Source of the DNA: Kiritimatiellia bacterium
GTDB taxonomy: Bacteria > Verrucomicrobiota > Kiritimatiellia > CAIQIC01 > Lenti-01
NCBI GenBank assembly: GCA_017445365.1
Contig: JAFSUH010000017.1
Coordinates: 1-42,024, forward strand
Reading direction: 5' to 3'
DNA: 42,024 nucleotides
Part shown: positions 33,800 through 42,024 of the stretch, piece by piece
Numbering within the stretch: the first letter of the stretch is position 1
How the letters are laid out: every line of letters starts with the position of its first letter
Program-made: the position numbers and the translations under genes
The notes under the pieces: generated by a model
What the model was told of the DNA's origin: nothing
Databases searched by the model: none
What the model saw: the letters and a program-made list of their open reading frames with translations, nothing else

Positions 33800-35044
33800 C
33801 TACGGGGTGGTTTTGGCGGGGCGGGGGGAGAGGAGGGCGAGGAGGGCGGAGACGAGGAGCGCGGGGAGGGTGGCGCCCGCCGGGCATTCCCACGAAAACG
33901 CGCGGGGGAAAAACGCCGCGAAGAACGAGCCGCTCCCCAGCGCCAGGTGGTAGGCCGCGAACCCCGCCGCCCACGCGGCGAAGTTCCACGCCGCCGCGCC
34001 GCGCGAGGGCGCCGTCCGGCGCCGGACGAAAGCGTCGCACAAAAGCACCGCCGCCATCGGCGCGAAGACCGACGCGATGAGATAGAGGAAGTCGAGGTAC
34101 CGCTCCATCGCGCCCATCGCCGCGAGCAGCGTCCCCAGCGCGCAGACCGCCAACCCGAACCCCTTGGCCGGGATGCGCCCCCAGAGGCTCTTCGCGCTCT
34201 CCCCCGCCGACCAGGCGTCGAGGAAGGTCGTCGTCACCGTCGAAAACACGATGACGAGGAGGCCCGCCGCCCCCAACCCGGCCGCCTGCATCGCCCCGGC
34301 GATCGACCCGCCGCCGGGGAGGCTCGCGGCGAGAAGCCCCACCGCGTACATCCAGCACGACACCGCCGTGTACACCCCGGCGGCCGCGGCCGAAGCCGCC
34401 GGCGGGCGGCGCGCGTCCTTCGTGTAGTCCGCGGCGAGCGGCAGCCACGAAAGCGGCATGGCGGCGGCCATCTCGAAGGCGAACCAAAAAGCGCTTCCCG
34501 CGAACGCTTCTCCCGGCGCGGCGGCGGAATCCTTCCCGCACGCGACGACCGCCGTCAACAGCACCGTCAGGGCGAAGAGAAGCCCCATCGCGACCGTGTT
34601 GGTTTTCCCCGCGCCGCGGAGACCCGCGAAAAGCCAGAGGGCGACGAGGACGCCGATGCCCGCGCACGCCGCGGGGAAGGGGATGCCGCCCAGGAGCGGC
34701 GCCGCCGCTTCCGCGCCCTGCGCGACCATCACCGCGGTCCAGCCGACGAGTTGCGCGACGTTGAGGAGGGCGAAAAATCCCCCGCCGGAGCGCCCGAAGG
34801 GGATTTTCGCGCAATCCATCGCCCCGCGGCGGGTCCGCGCGCCGAGCAGGGCCGCGAGAAAGAGCAGCGCGCCGCCCAGGAGGTGGCCGAGGAGGATGCC
34901 CGCGGCCACCGCCGGCAACCCGCCGCCCCCGCACGCGGGGGCGAGTTGCATCCCCGCTTCGATTTCGGCGATCGAAACCGCCGCTCCGAACCAAACCAGT
35001 CCGCTTCCGAAAACGGACAATCCGTCTTTTTGTGCATTGTTCAT
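33800..35044 (-). CDS. cytX: Putative hydroxymethylpyrimidine/thiamine-precursor transporter (CytX, NCS1-like)
   Basis: Track ORF, 414 aa, polytopic membrane protein. The N-terminus VFGSGLVWFGAAVSIAEIEAG is typical of cytosine/purine permease-type carriers. A TPP riboswitch lies immediately upstream, the classic CytX context. Confidence 0.72.
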   Translation of the reverse strand: MNNAQKDGLSVFGSGLVWFGAAVSIAEIEAGMQLAPACGGGGLPAVAAGILLGHLLGGALLFLAALLGARTRRGAMDCAKIPFGRSGGGFFALLNVAQLVGWTAVMVAQGAEAAAPLLGGIPFPAACAGIGVLVALWLFAGLRGAGKTNTVAMGLLFALTVLLTAVVACGKDSAAAPGEAFAGSAFWFAFEMAAAMPLSWLPLAADYTKDARRPPAASAAAAGVYTAVSCWMYAVGLLAASLPGGGSIAGAMQAAGLGAAGLLVIVFSTVTTTFLDAWSAGESAKSLWGRIPAKGFGLAVCALGTLLAAMGAMERYLDFLYLIASVFAPMAAVLLCDAFVRRRTAPSRGAAAWNFAAWAAGFAAYHLALGSGSFFAAFFPRAFSWECPAGATLPALLVSALLALLSPRPAKTTP

Positions 35045-35047
35045 GTG

Positions 35048-35140
35048 TGTTTCCTACGCCGGCATGATCCGGATCAGGTTCTTCGGGTCGGAACCACCGC
35101 GGTTCCCTCTCAGCCCGCGCACGCGGACTCCCCGTTGGCC
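35048..35140 (-). promoter_or_regulatory. TPP (THI-box) riboswitch in the cytX leader
   Basis: The minus strand reads ACGGGGAGTCCGCGTGCGCGGGCTGAGAGGGAACCGCGGTGGTTCCGACCCGAAGAACCTGATCCGGATCATGCCGGCGTAGGAAACACAC-ATG. It contains the conserved GGGG.GC, CTGAGA and ACCTGATC.GGAT.ATGCC.GCG blocks in the right order. The AGGAAA ribosome-binding region is adjacent. Confidence 0.88.
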
Positions 35141-35323
35141 GGGAACTCAACCACCCGCGGCGGGCCGCGGCAAGGGAAAAACGCGCCCGTCCCGCGGGGA
35201 AAAACGTTTTTCCTTGGCACGGGGGAGGGAAAAAGCGTTTTCGCATCGCGCGCACGCGGCGTTTCCGCTTTACTTCCTTGTGGCGCCTTCCGCGCCGTCC
35301 CACCCCCAAACAAGGAGTCCTCC

Positions 35324-36922
35324 ATGGCCGAACCCGCAAAAAAAGACGTCCTTCCCGGGCATGAAACCCAGAAGCTCGACGAGATGAACTGCCCCTCCTG
35401 CGGGCGCTTCGTCGGCGCGAAGATCCACTGCCCCTACTGCGGCGCCAAGGTCGCCAAGCGCATGAGCCTCGTCGCCGTCCGCTACGCCGCCGTCCTCCTC
35501 GCCACCATCGGCCTCGCCTGCCTCTGGGCGATGGCGAAGTTCCACGCGACGCCCGTCGTGAAAATCGGAGACATCTCCCCGACGATGAACTTCGCCCAGA
35601 TCCGCGTGGACGGCACCGCCGACAGCGACGTGCGCACCTTCCGCAACGGCTCCATGGGCTTCAACATCTCCGACGGCACCGGCACCCTCATGGTCTTCGT
35701 CTCCCAGAAGCAGGGCGAAGAACTCCGGCGCCTCGGCAAGCTCCCCCACGCGGGCGACGCCGTCCAGCTCAACGGCACCGTCTCCCTCTCCGACAAGAAC
35801 AACTCCCTCCGCCTCCAATCGGCGGCTTCCGTCTCCGTCACCCCGGCGCCCGCGAAGCCCATCGCCCTGGGCGACCTCGGCGAGGACCTTGCCGGGAGCG
35901 CTTTCCTGATCCAGGGGCAGGTGACCGGCTTCACCGCGCCGCCCACCGGCACCAAGCGTCCGTACTCCCTCTACCTCAAGGACGACTCCGGCACCGCGGC
36001 GGTCACCTTCTGGCAGGACGAATACGACCAGATCGCCGACAAGGACGCGTTGGCGGAAGGCACGTGGCTTCGCATGCGCATTTCGGTCGCCTCGTACAAG
36101 GGCAAGATGCAGTTGAAGCTCTCCGACGGCACCTCCCTCGAAGCGCTCGCCGCGGAAGACCGCGTGCCCGTCGCCCCCGCCGCCAAGGCCGCCCCGGAAC
36201 CGCCCGCGCCCGCCCCGCAGGCGGCACCGGCCCCGGAAGCGCCTCCCGCGCCGAAGGCCGCCCCGGCGCGCGATTTCTCGCGCAGGAAGAAGGCCCCTCC
36301 CGCGGGCGACCTTCTCACCCCCGTCCGCGAACTCAATTCCTCCCTCGCCGGGCAGAGCGTCCGCATCCGCGGGCGCGTGCAGGAAGTCAAGGAACCCGCG
36401 GAAGGGAGCAAGAAGCCGACGGAGCTTGTCGTCTACGACGAAGCGGGCGACCGGCTGGTCGTCAAGTACTGGGACGCCGCCGCGCGCGTGATGAAGGAAA
36501 AGCCCGTTCCGGGGTCCCTGTACGACTTCGAGGGCACCGTGGACATCTACCGCTCCCGCCCCGCGCTCAAGGTCGAAAGCGGCTACAAGATCCGCCTCGT
36601 CTCCGACGTGCCGCCCTCCGTGCCCGCCGTGGACGTCGCGGAAGCCGTTCCCGTTTCCTCGCTCGCCGCGGCCGGCGGAAAAGCCGTGGTCGTCGGGACG
36701 CTCTCCGAAGAAGCGGCCCTGCGCGGCGGCGTCAAGTACCTCCTGACGGACGAAGCCGGCGACGCCATCGAGGCGGTTTTCTGGGAAGGCGCGATTCCCC
36801 GCGACCTCCGCGCGCAACTGGAAAACGGCAGGAAGGTCGCCGTCCGCGGCATCCTCAAGGAACGCGACGGGGCGCTCAATCTCGTCGCCGAAAACGGCTA
36901 TTCGGTCCTGCCGCTGGAATAG
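35324..36922 (+). CDS. Membrane-anchored protein: N-terminal zinc ribbon, one TM helix, four tandem OB-fold (tRNA_anti-like) domains
   Basis: In-frame ATG 35324, with AAGGAG 6 nt upstream, inside run-through track ORF 33692..36922. CPSCGRFVGAKIHCPYCG zinc ribbon. TM helix VRYAAVLLATIGLACLWAMA. Four roughly 95-aa units follow the OB pattern (..V.I.G.V.......F.L.D.TG.I.V..W......L..G..V...G.V..Y.G..QL.V). Units 2 and 3 are separated by the Pro/Ala linker APEPPAPAPQAAPAPEAPPAPKAAPA. Confidence 0.75.
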   Translation: MAEPAKKDVLPGHETQKLDEMNCPSCGRFVGAKIHCPYCGAKVAKRMSLVAVRYAAVLLATIGLACLWAMAKFHATPVVKIGDISPTMNFAQIRVDGTADSDVRTFRNGSMGFNISDGTGTLMVFVSQKQGEELRRLGKLPHAGDAVQLNGTVSLSDKNNSLRLQSAASVSVTPAPAKPIALGDLGEDLAGSAFLIQGQVTGFTAPPTGTKRPYSLYLKDDSGTAAVTFWQDEYDQIADKDALAEGTWLRMRISVASYKGKMQLKLSDGTSLEALAAEDRVPVAPAAKAAPEPPAPAPQAAPAPEAPPAPKAAPARDFSRRKKAPPAGDLLTPVRELNSSLAGQSVRIRGRVQEVKEPAEGSKKPTELVVYDEAGDRLVVKYWDAAARVMKEKPVPGSLYDFEGTVDIYRSRPALKVESGYKIRLVSDVPPSVPAVDVAEAVPVSSLAAAGGKAVVVGTLSEEAALRGGVKYLLTDEAGDAIEAVFWEGAIPRDLRAQLENGRKVAVRGILKERDGALNLVAENGYSVLPLE

Positions 36923-36931
36923 GAGGAGCGC

Positions 36932-38284
36932 ATGTCCACCTTCTGGATCGTCCTTCTTTCCGTCGTCGCGGGGACGGTGCTTTCCGCGGGCATCGCCTGC
37001 CTGCCGGGCCTGCACATCTACAACGTGATGGGCGCGCTCGTCCTCGGCATCCTCTGGCTCGACGCCCTGCCGGAGCCGTGCTTCTGGTCGTTCCTGACGC
37101 GGCCGGAAGTGTACGTCCCCGCGATGACCGGCATGGTCGTCGCCTGGTCGATGCTCAACACCATCCCCTCGGTCCTCCTCGGCACGCCCGACGAGTCGGC
37201 GCTCTTCACGGTCCTGCCGGGCCAGAAGTACCTCATGAACGGCCGCGGCTACGAGGGCACCATGATCACCGCCGTCGGCTCCCTCGCCGGGGCCTTCTTC
37301 GTCGTCTGCGTGCTCGCGCCGTTCGCCCCGAAGTACCTGCCCGTCTCGCAGGAAGTCCTCAAGGGCCACATGCACTGGGTCCTCTGGATCATCATCACCT
37401 TCATCCTCATGAGCGAATGGCCCAAGGGCGGCAACCGCGGCCGCGCGGGCTGGGCGAAGTTCTTCGACGCGTGGAAGGGCCTGCTCGTCGGCATCGCGAC
37501 CTTCGTCCTCTCCGGGGTGATGGGCTTCATCCTCCTCAACCGCTCGCCCGTCGGCCACGAGGTCGCCTTCCAGAACATCATGCCCGCGTTCGTGGGGCTT
37601 TTTGCGGTGCCGTGGTGCCTGCAGAACATCATTTCGGCCGCGGACGTGCCGCCGCAGCGGACGACGGATTCGCTCGACATCGACGGCGACATCATCCTCC
37701 GGAGCGTCTGGAGCGGCGGGCTCGGCGGCGGCTTCGCCGCGTACATGCCCATCGTGACGGGCGGCGTCGGCGGGCTCCTGGCGGGCCACGCGTGCGCCCA
37801 GCGCGACGAAAGGATTTTCATCATGGGCCAGGGGGTGAGCAAATTCGTCTATTACGTGGGCGCGTTCATGCTTCTCTTTGTCCCGGGCCTGAACCTCACC
37901 CGCGGCGGCGGCGCGTGGATGGTCAAGACCCTCTACACGCCTTCCTCGACGGCGGACTACCTGATGATCGTCGGCTCCATCGCCGTGTCCGGCGCGGTCT
38001 CGTTCCTCATGGTTTCCCCGCTCGCGCGGCTGACGTTGAAGCTCATCGACCGGTTCGACTACCGCCACGTGTCGAGCTTCGCCCTCGCGGTCATCGTCGC
38101 GATGGTCTTCGCCATCACCGGGTGGATCGGGCTTTTCATCGCCGCGGTCGCGACGGGCATCGGGCTCTTGCCCGTGCTCTTCGGGTCGCGCCGGTTGAAC
38201 TGCCTGGGCATCCTGCTGCTGCCGATCGCCTGCAACATGTCGGGCTTCGGGGACGCCATCGTCGGCTGGATGGGCTTGAACTAG
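36932..38284 (+). CDS. TctA-family/DUF112 integral membrane permease
   Basis: Track ORF, 450 aa, about 10-12 hydrophobic helices. LPGLHIYNVMGAL, LLGTPDESALFTVLPGQ and IVTGGVGGLLAG resemble the duplicated DUF112 motifs of TctA-type carriers. It starts 9 nt after the OB-fold gene. Confidence 0.7.
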   Translation: MSTFWIVLLSVVAGTVLSAGIACLPGLHIYNVMGALVLGILWLDALPEPCFWSFLTRPEVYVPAMTGMVVAWSMLNTIPSVLLGTPDESALFTVLPGQKYLMNGRGYEGTMITAVGSLAGAFFVVCVLAPFAPKYLPVSQEVLKGHMHWVLWIIITFILMSEWPKGGNRGRAGWAKFFDAWKGLLVGIATFVLSGVMGFILLNRSPVGHEVAFQNIMPAFVGLFAVPWCLQNIISAADVPPQRTTDSLDIDGDIILRSVWSGGLGGGFAAYMPIVTGGVGGLLAGHACAQRDERIFIMGQGVSKFVYYVGAFMLLFVPGLNLTRGGGAWMVKTLYTPSSTADYLMIVGSIAVSGAVSFLMVSPLARLTLKLIDRFDYRHVSSFALAVIVAMVFAITGWIGLFIAAVATGIGLLPVLFGSRRLNCLGILLLPIACNMSGFGDAIVGWMGLN

Positions 38285-38297
38285 GGAGGAGAGGAAG

Positions 38298-39329
38298 ATG
38301 AAAGGTTTTTCGCATTTCATGAGCGGCGTCGCGGTCGCGAGTTTCTGCCCCTGGAGCATCGAGGCGGCGTTGAACGGAAACCCGGTGTTCTTCGTCCTCG
38401 GCGGCGCGTGCGGCATTTTGCCCGACACGCTGGACTTCAAGTTCTACCGGTTCTTCTACCGCCACGACGTGTACGTCGAGCCGGACCCGATCGCCCTCGA
38501 CCCGCAGGCTATCGCCGACGAGGTCGCCCGGGCGGTCAACATGGGCGTGGACGAAAGGCGCTACATCCGCCTCAAGCTTTCGAGCATCCGCTTGGGCGCG
38601 GACTACTGGCAGCAGTACACCGTCGATTTCGACAACGAGAACATGGAAGTCGTCGTCCGCTTCGGCCCGGTGACGAACACCGGCCAGGTGCCCGTGCCCG
38701 GGACCGCGGAGAAGAACACGAAGGTGGGCCGCGCCAAGATCAAGGCGAAGGTCATCCAGACGTACGACTCGTCCCTCAAGGTGGACATCTTCGACGGGCC
38801 GACGGCGGGGCTGGCCCCGCGGGAAGACGGCAACTTCGACCTGGAGTTCCTGCCGTGGCACCGCGAGTGGTCGCACGCGCTTACCATCGGCTTCTTCCTC
38901 GGGCTCCTGTGGCTTCTCGGCTGCACGCTTTTCGGCAACTGGCTCATGGGCGTCCAGGGGCTGATTTTGATGACGGGCTGCTACGGCATCCACGTCATCG
39001 AAGACCAGTTGGGGCACATGGGAAGCAACCTGTTCTATCCCTTCACCAAGCACCGCGTGCCGGGTTTGCACTGGATGCATTCGGGCGACGGGCTGCCGAA
39101 CTTCCTCGCCGTGTGGATTTCGTGCATCTTCATCTTCTGGAACCTGCACCGGAGCATGGAAGCGCCGCAGTACCATTTCGGCCTGCTGCAGCTCTTCTGG
39201 GTCGCCTTGATCGCCCCGGGGCTCATTTTCTGGGGCTTGCGGTGGCTTTTGACCCGCAAGCAGGGGACCGACCAGCTGGAAGCCGACGACGCCGCCGACG
39301 AGTGGAACGACATGAAATCCGGCAACTGA
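38298..39329 (+). CDS. YdjM/DUF457-like membrane-bound metal-dependent hydrolase with a large soluble insert
   Basis: Track ORF, 343 aa. The N-terminal HFMSGVAVA...ILPDTLDF and the C-terminal HALT...GIHVIEDQLGHMGSNLFYPF resemble DUF457 His/Asp motifs. About 130 hydrophilic residues are inserted between the membrane segments. It starts 13 nt after the permease gene. Confidence 0.55.
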   Translation: MKGFSHFMSGVAVASFCPWSIEAALNGNPVFFVLGGACGILPDTLDFKFYRFFYRHDVYVEPDPIALDPQAIADEVARAVNMGVDERRYIRLKLSSIRLGADYWQQYTVDFDNENMEVVVRFGPVTNTGQVPVPGTAEKNTKVGRAKIKAKVIQTYDSSLKVDIFDGPTAGLAPREDGNFDLEFLPWHREWSHALTIGFFLGLLWLLGCTLFGNWLMGVQGLILMTGCYGIHVIEDQLGHMGSNLFYPFTKHRVPGLHWMHSGDGLPNFLAVWISCIFIFWNLHRSMEAPQYHFGLLQLFWVALIAPGLIFWGLRWLLTRKQGTDQLEADDAADEWNDMKSGN

Positions 39330-39357
39330 CGCGTTGGTTCAAGCGAAAATCCCGAGG

Positions 39358-39386
39358 CCGCGGCGCTTTGCGCCGCGGTTCTTTTT
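39358..39386 (+). terminator. Rho-independent terminator closing the OB-fold/TctA/YdjM operon
   Basis: ccgcggcgc-ttt-gcgccgcgg, a 9-bp GC stem (39358-39366 with 39370-39378), followed by ttcttttt (39379-39386). It lies between convergent genes. Confidence 0.65.
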
Positions 39387-39423
39387 CGGGAAGACCGTTC
39401 CCGTGAACCAAGCGGCGCGCGGG

Positions 39424-40839
39424 TCAAACGGGGAGGAGGGCGTTGGCGGGGAGGCGGACTTTTTGGCCGGGCGGGGCGGAGAGGGAGACCTCGCCTTCGC
39501 AGCGGATGCCGGGGGCGAAGGTGACGTCGCCTTGCACCGTCAAGCTCGTGCAGGCAATCAGGCTCGGGGCGCCCGCGGGGAAGCGCGCCTCGAAATCGTC
39601 CAGCATCGCGAAATGCGCCGGGTCCAGCGAAACGCGCGGCGGCACGCCGCGGCGGCATTCCGCGAGCCGCAGGCGGTTCATCCCGTCGAGTTCGCACGCG
39701 TCGCTCCTCACCGTCAAAAGGTCGCCCGTCGTCTTGACCGGCGAAAACCGGCTCCGCGGCACTTCCACCGCTTCGGCCCCTCCGAAGAGGCCGATGGCCG
39801 CGCCGAACGCGTTTTCCAGCTGGAAGACTTCCGGCGAATCCGGTTCCCGCGGGCGCAACCGCTTGCGGTTCGCGATGAGCGGCAGGTGGAGGAAGCCGCG
39901 GTCGCCGAGCGCTTCTTCCACCGCGCCGAGGTCGAGCCAGACGTTGTTCGTGTTGAAGTACGCGTGCCGCGCGATGTCCTGGAACGCTTCCGCCTCCTCC
40001 GGCGGGCATTGCGCGCTTTCGCGCAGGACCAGCCGCCCCGTCTTCCGGTCGCGCGCGAGGTGCCCGCCCTTCCGGTCGGCGGCCGTCCGGCGGGTCGCTT
40101 CCATCAAAAACGGCAGGTGCCGCGCGACCATCCGGCCGAAAAGCGCGGGGTCCGCGGTCGCGCCGAGGTTGTCGGCGTTGGAAACGAAGGCGTAGCGGAA
40201 CCCGTTGTCAAGCAATTTCCGCAAAATCCCCGTCGCGGCGAGCGCGCAGTACAGGTCGCCGTGCCCCGGCGGGCACCACTCGTCGCCGGGAGACGCGGGC
40301 GATCCGGCGGGCAGGTTCGTGTCCGCCATCAGCTTGGGCACGCGGTGCTGGCGGAAGGTGGCGGGGATGCCCGCCGGGTTCCGGAACGGCTTCTCCCGCG
40401 CCGCGAGCGCGGCGAGCGTGTCCTCGTCGGTCGAAAAGCTGTCCATGAGAAGCAGCGGGAATCCCCCTCCGGTCTTCCCGCGCAGGGATTCCACCTGCCG
40501 GAGGATGAGCTCGAGAAACGTCAGTTCCCCGCGGACGCGCAGGAGCGATTTCGCCTTGGCGAGCCCCATGCCCGTCCCGAGCCCCCCGTTGAGTTTCACG
40601 ATGGCGAGTTCGCCGGCGTGGGCGCGGCCGGTTTCCGCCAGTTCCTCCGCGTCTTCGTCCGCGCGCGGGATGCCGCCCACCTCGGCGAGGGACGCTTCCG
40701 GGAGGAAGGCGTTCCCCCCCGCAAGATGGCGGGCGAGATTGGCGCCGAACGCGGCGATGGCGGCATCGTCCGCGCCGTCGGCGGCCATTTTGCGCACGGC
40801 GGCTTCGATGACGGCGGAAGGGGAGGTGGAGGGAATCAT
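39424..40839 (-). CDS. UTP-glucose-1-phosphate uridylyltransferase of the eukaryote-type UDPGP family
   Basis: Track ORF, 471 aa. VKLNGGLGTGMGLAKAKSLL, LLLMDSFSTDEDT, PPGHGDLY, FVSNADNLGA and FNTNNVWL are the UDPGP (UGP/USP) signatures, not the GalU type. Confidence 0.85.
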   Translation of the reverse strand: MIPSTSPSAVIEAAVRKMAADGADDAAIAAFGANLARHLAGGNAFLPEASLAEVGGIPRADEDAEELAETGRAHAGELAIVKLNGGLGTGMGLAKAKSLLRVRGELTFLELILRQVESLRGKTGGGFPLLLMDSFSTDEDTLAALAAREKPFRNPAGIPATFRQHRVPKLMADTNLPAGSPASPGDEWCPPGHGDLYCALAATGILRKLLDNGFRYAFVSNADNLGATADPALFGRMVARHLPFLMEATRRTAADRKGGHLARDRKTGRLVLRESAQCPPEEAEAFQDIARHAYFNTNNVWLDLGAVEEALGDRGFLHLPLIANRKRLRPREPDSPEVFQLENAFGAAIGLFGGAEAVEVPRSRFSPVKTTGDLLTVRSDACELDGMNRLRLAECRRGVPPRVSLDPAHFAMLDDFEARFPAGAPSLIACTSLTVQGDVTFAPGIRCEGEVSLSAPPGQKVRLPANALLPV

Positions 40840-41011
40840 GCGGGTATCCTAGGACCTGGGAAGGCATGAGTCGAACGGATTGTGCCGGGTTTTCCGCCGG
40901 GGGCGCGAAGGAAAAGCGAAGGCAAGGCGGCTCCATTGCCGGGCTTTTCCGGCAAAGCCCGCGGCGGAAAGGACAAGCAAGGCGGAAGAATCATGCCTTG
41001 ACGGGTCCGTG

Positions 41012-41980
41012 TCACGGGCGGTGGCGGCGGGACACCTTTTTCGTCTTCCCGTTTTCCGGCGGGGCGGTCCAATCGTCGTCGCCGGGGCCGCGCACTTCCT
41101 TGAGCTTGACGTGGATGTCGGCGACGGGCACCGACGCGTCCAGCGCGCAGAGCGTGTACCGCGCGTCGCGGCTCACCCAGAGGAACATCCGCCCCTTGCG
41201 GACGAACATCCCCTCGAACTTGCCGGTCGGTTCCAGCTTGATGCAGTCGCGCTTGCCGTAGCGGCCGACCTTGACGGTTTCCCGCTTGAGGGAATCGACG
41301 AAAAGCTCGTAGAGCTTCTCGTTGGTGACCATCCCGTACGCGCGCTTTTCGCCGGGTTCGCGCATCGGGTCGCGGCGGAACCAGTACATGAGGGAGAGCA
41401 TGTCCCGCGTTCCTTCCGGCACCTCGTAGCCGTGGCCGTTGTCGCGCAAAAACGAGTGGTACACCGCTTCGTGCTTCCCGGGGTCGAAGACCGTCAGCTC
41501 GTGCGTCTTGTGCCGCCCTTCGCTCGACTGCTTCTCGTGCGCGAGCGGCAGGAAGGAGACCGGTTCGACGAGCGTTTGGAGGAATTCCTTGACGGGATAG
41601 AGGGTTTCGACGATGCCGTTCGATTCCGCCTCGACCGAAATCGAAAGCAACCTTTTTCCCTTGACTTCTAGCCAGTCGGCGCGGGCGCGCGCCTCCCCGA
41701 CGGTGAAAACGCCCCACGAAATTTCGTACAGGCAGTCTTCGCCGACGGGGAACCACAATTCCGGCGGCGGGTCGTCCCATGCCGGGGCGAGGGCGAGCGC
41801 GTCCGGGAGAAGCGCTTCCAGCATCTCGGCGCTGGGCGCGGGCGAGGGGCCGGAAAGCGAAACCGCCCGGACGCTGAAGGCCTTCTTGCGCGCTTCGTAC
41901 GCCGGGTCGCTCTCCGCGCGCGCCGTGCCGGCGGCGATGGCCGCGCAGGCGAGCAGGAGGACAAGGGATTTCGCGTGCAT
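41012..41980 (-). CDS. DUF3108-like secreted protein
   Basis: Track ORF, 322 aa. Signal peptide MHAKSLVLLLACAAIAAGTARA. It is beta-rich, with EDCLYEISWGVFTVGEARA... at the start and ...GRMFLWVSRDARYTLCALDASVPVADIHVKL at the end, which fit DUF3108 as I recall it. Confidence 0.6.
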   Translation of the reverse strand: MHAKSLVLLLACAAIAAGTARAESDPAYEARKKAFSVRAVSLSGPSPAPSAEMLEALLPDALALAPAWDDPPPELWFPVGEDCLYEISWGVFTVGEARARADWLEVKGKRLLSISVEAESNGIVETLYPVKEFLQTLVEPVSFLPLAHEKQSSEGRHKTHELTVFDPGKHEAVYHSFLRDNGHGYEVPEGTRDMLSLMYWFRRDPMREPGEKRAYGMVTNEKLYELFVDSLKRETVKVGRYGKRDCIKLEPTGKFEGMFVRKGRMFLWVSRDARYTLCALDASVPVADIHVKLKEVRGPGDDDWTAPPENGKTKKVSRRHRP

Positions 41981-42024
41981 CGGGGCGGGAAACGCGGGAC
42001 TAGCGGCGGCGGGGACGGGCGCCG

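Noticed and set aside
40859-41000. Inverted repeat aggcatga...tcatgcct and hairpin cgggcttt-tccggc-aaagcccg (about 40941-40962) between the DUF3108 and UGPase genes
   Set aside because: The outer arms are only 8 bp and about 125 nt apart. The inner hairpin lacks a U-tract on the minus strand, where a terminator would be needed. The evidence is too weak to call a feature.

Overview
About 42 kb of high-G+C bacterial chromosome; housekeeping stretches I hand-sampled are about 70% G+C. I can support 30 protein-coding genes, one tRNA-Lys(CTT), one TPP riboswitch, two intrinsic terminators and several families of intergenic repeats. The many very long Arg/Pro/Gly-rich ORFs in the track are high-G+C shadow frames or run-throughs and are rejected.

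Left edge (1-5454, minus strand): a defence island. It reads low-G+C orphan membrane-protein gene, long hsdM, YhcG/DUF1016 PDDEXK nuclease, then hsdS, which runs off the window. The last two junctions are ATGA start/stop overlaps.

The rest is mostly core metabolism and maintenance:
- Plus strand: NhaC-type and DAACS transporters, gatC-gatA, purO-like/thyA/folA, an atypical ornithine-carbamoyltransferase paralogue, a zinc-ribbon Ser/Thr kinase, a TSCPD protein and folB.
- Minus strand: larC-larB.
- Plus strand: an AddB/AddA-like nuclease-helicase pair.
- Minus strand: a large lipoprotein, fabF, a GH13 enzyme, tRNA-Lys, dnaN, a small outer-membrane beta-barrel, and TPP-riboswitch-controlled cytX.
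- Plus strand: a three-gene membrane operon (Zn-ribbon/TM/4xOB-fold protein, lone TctA/DUF112 permease, YdjM-like hydrolase).
- Minus strand: a eukaryote-type UDP-glucose pyrophosphorylase and a DUF3108 protein.

Most worth a second look:
1. The R-M island passengers, and a pair of long palindromes inside the DUF1016 CDS.
2. An AT-rich double-palindrome (REP/BIME-like) family placed just 3' of genes.
3. A mosaic GC-rich dispersed repeat family filling an 845-bp gap upstream of addB, which also holds a candidate structured RNA with a U-tail.
4. The OB-fold/TctA/YdjM operon.
5. The transcarbamylase with altered substrate motifs.

No CRISPR array, transposase, integrase or rRNA was seen. All domain calls are from my own reading of the translations; no searches were run.
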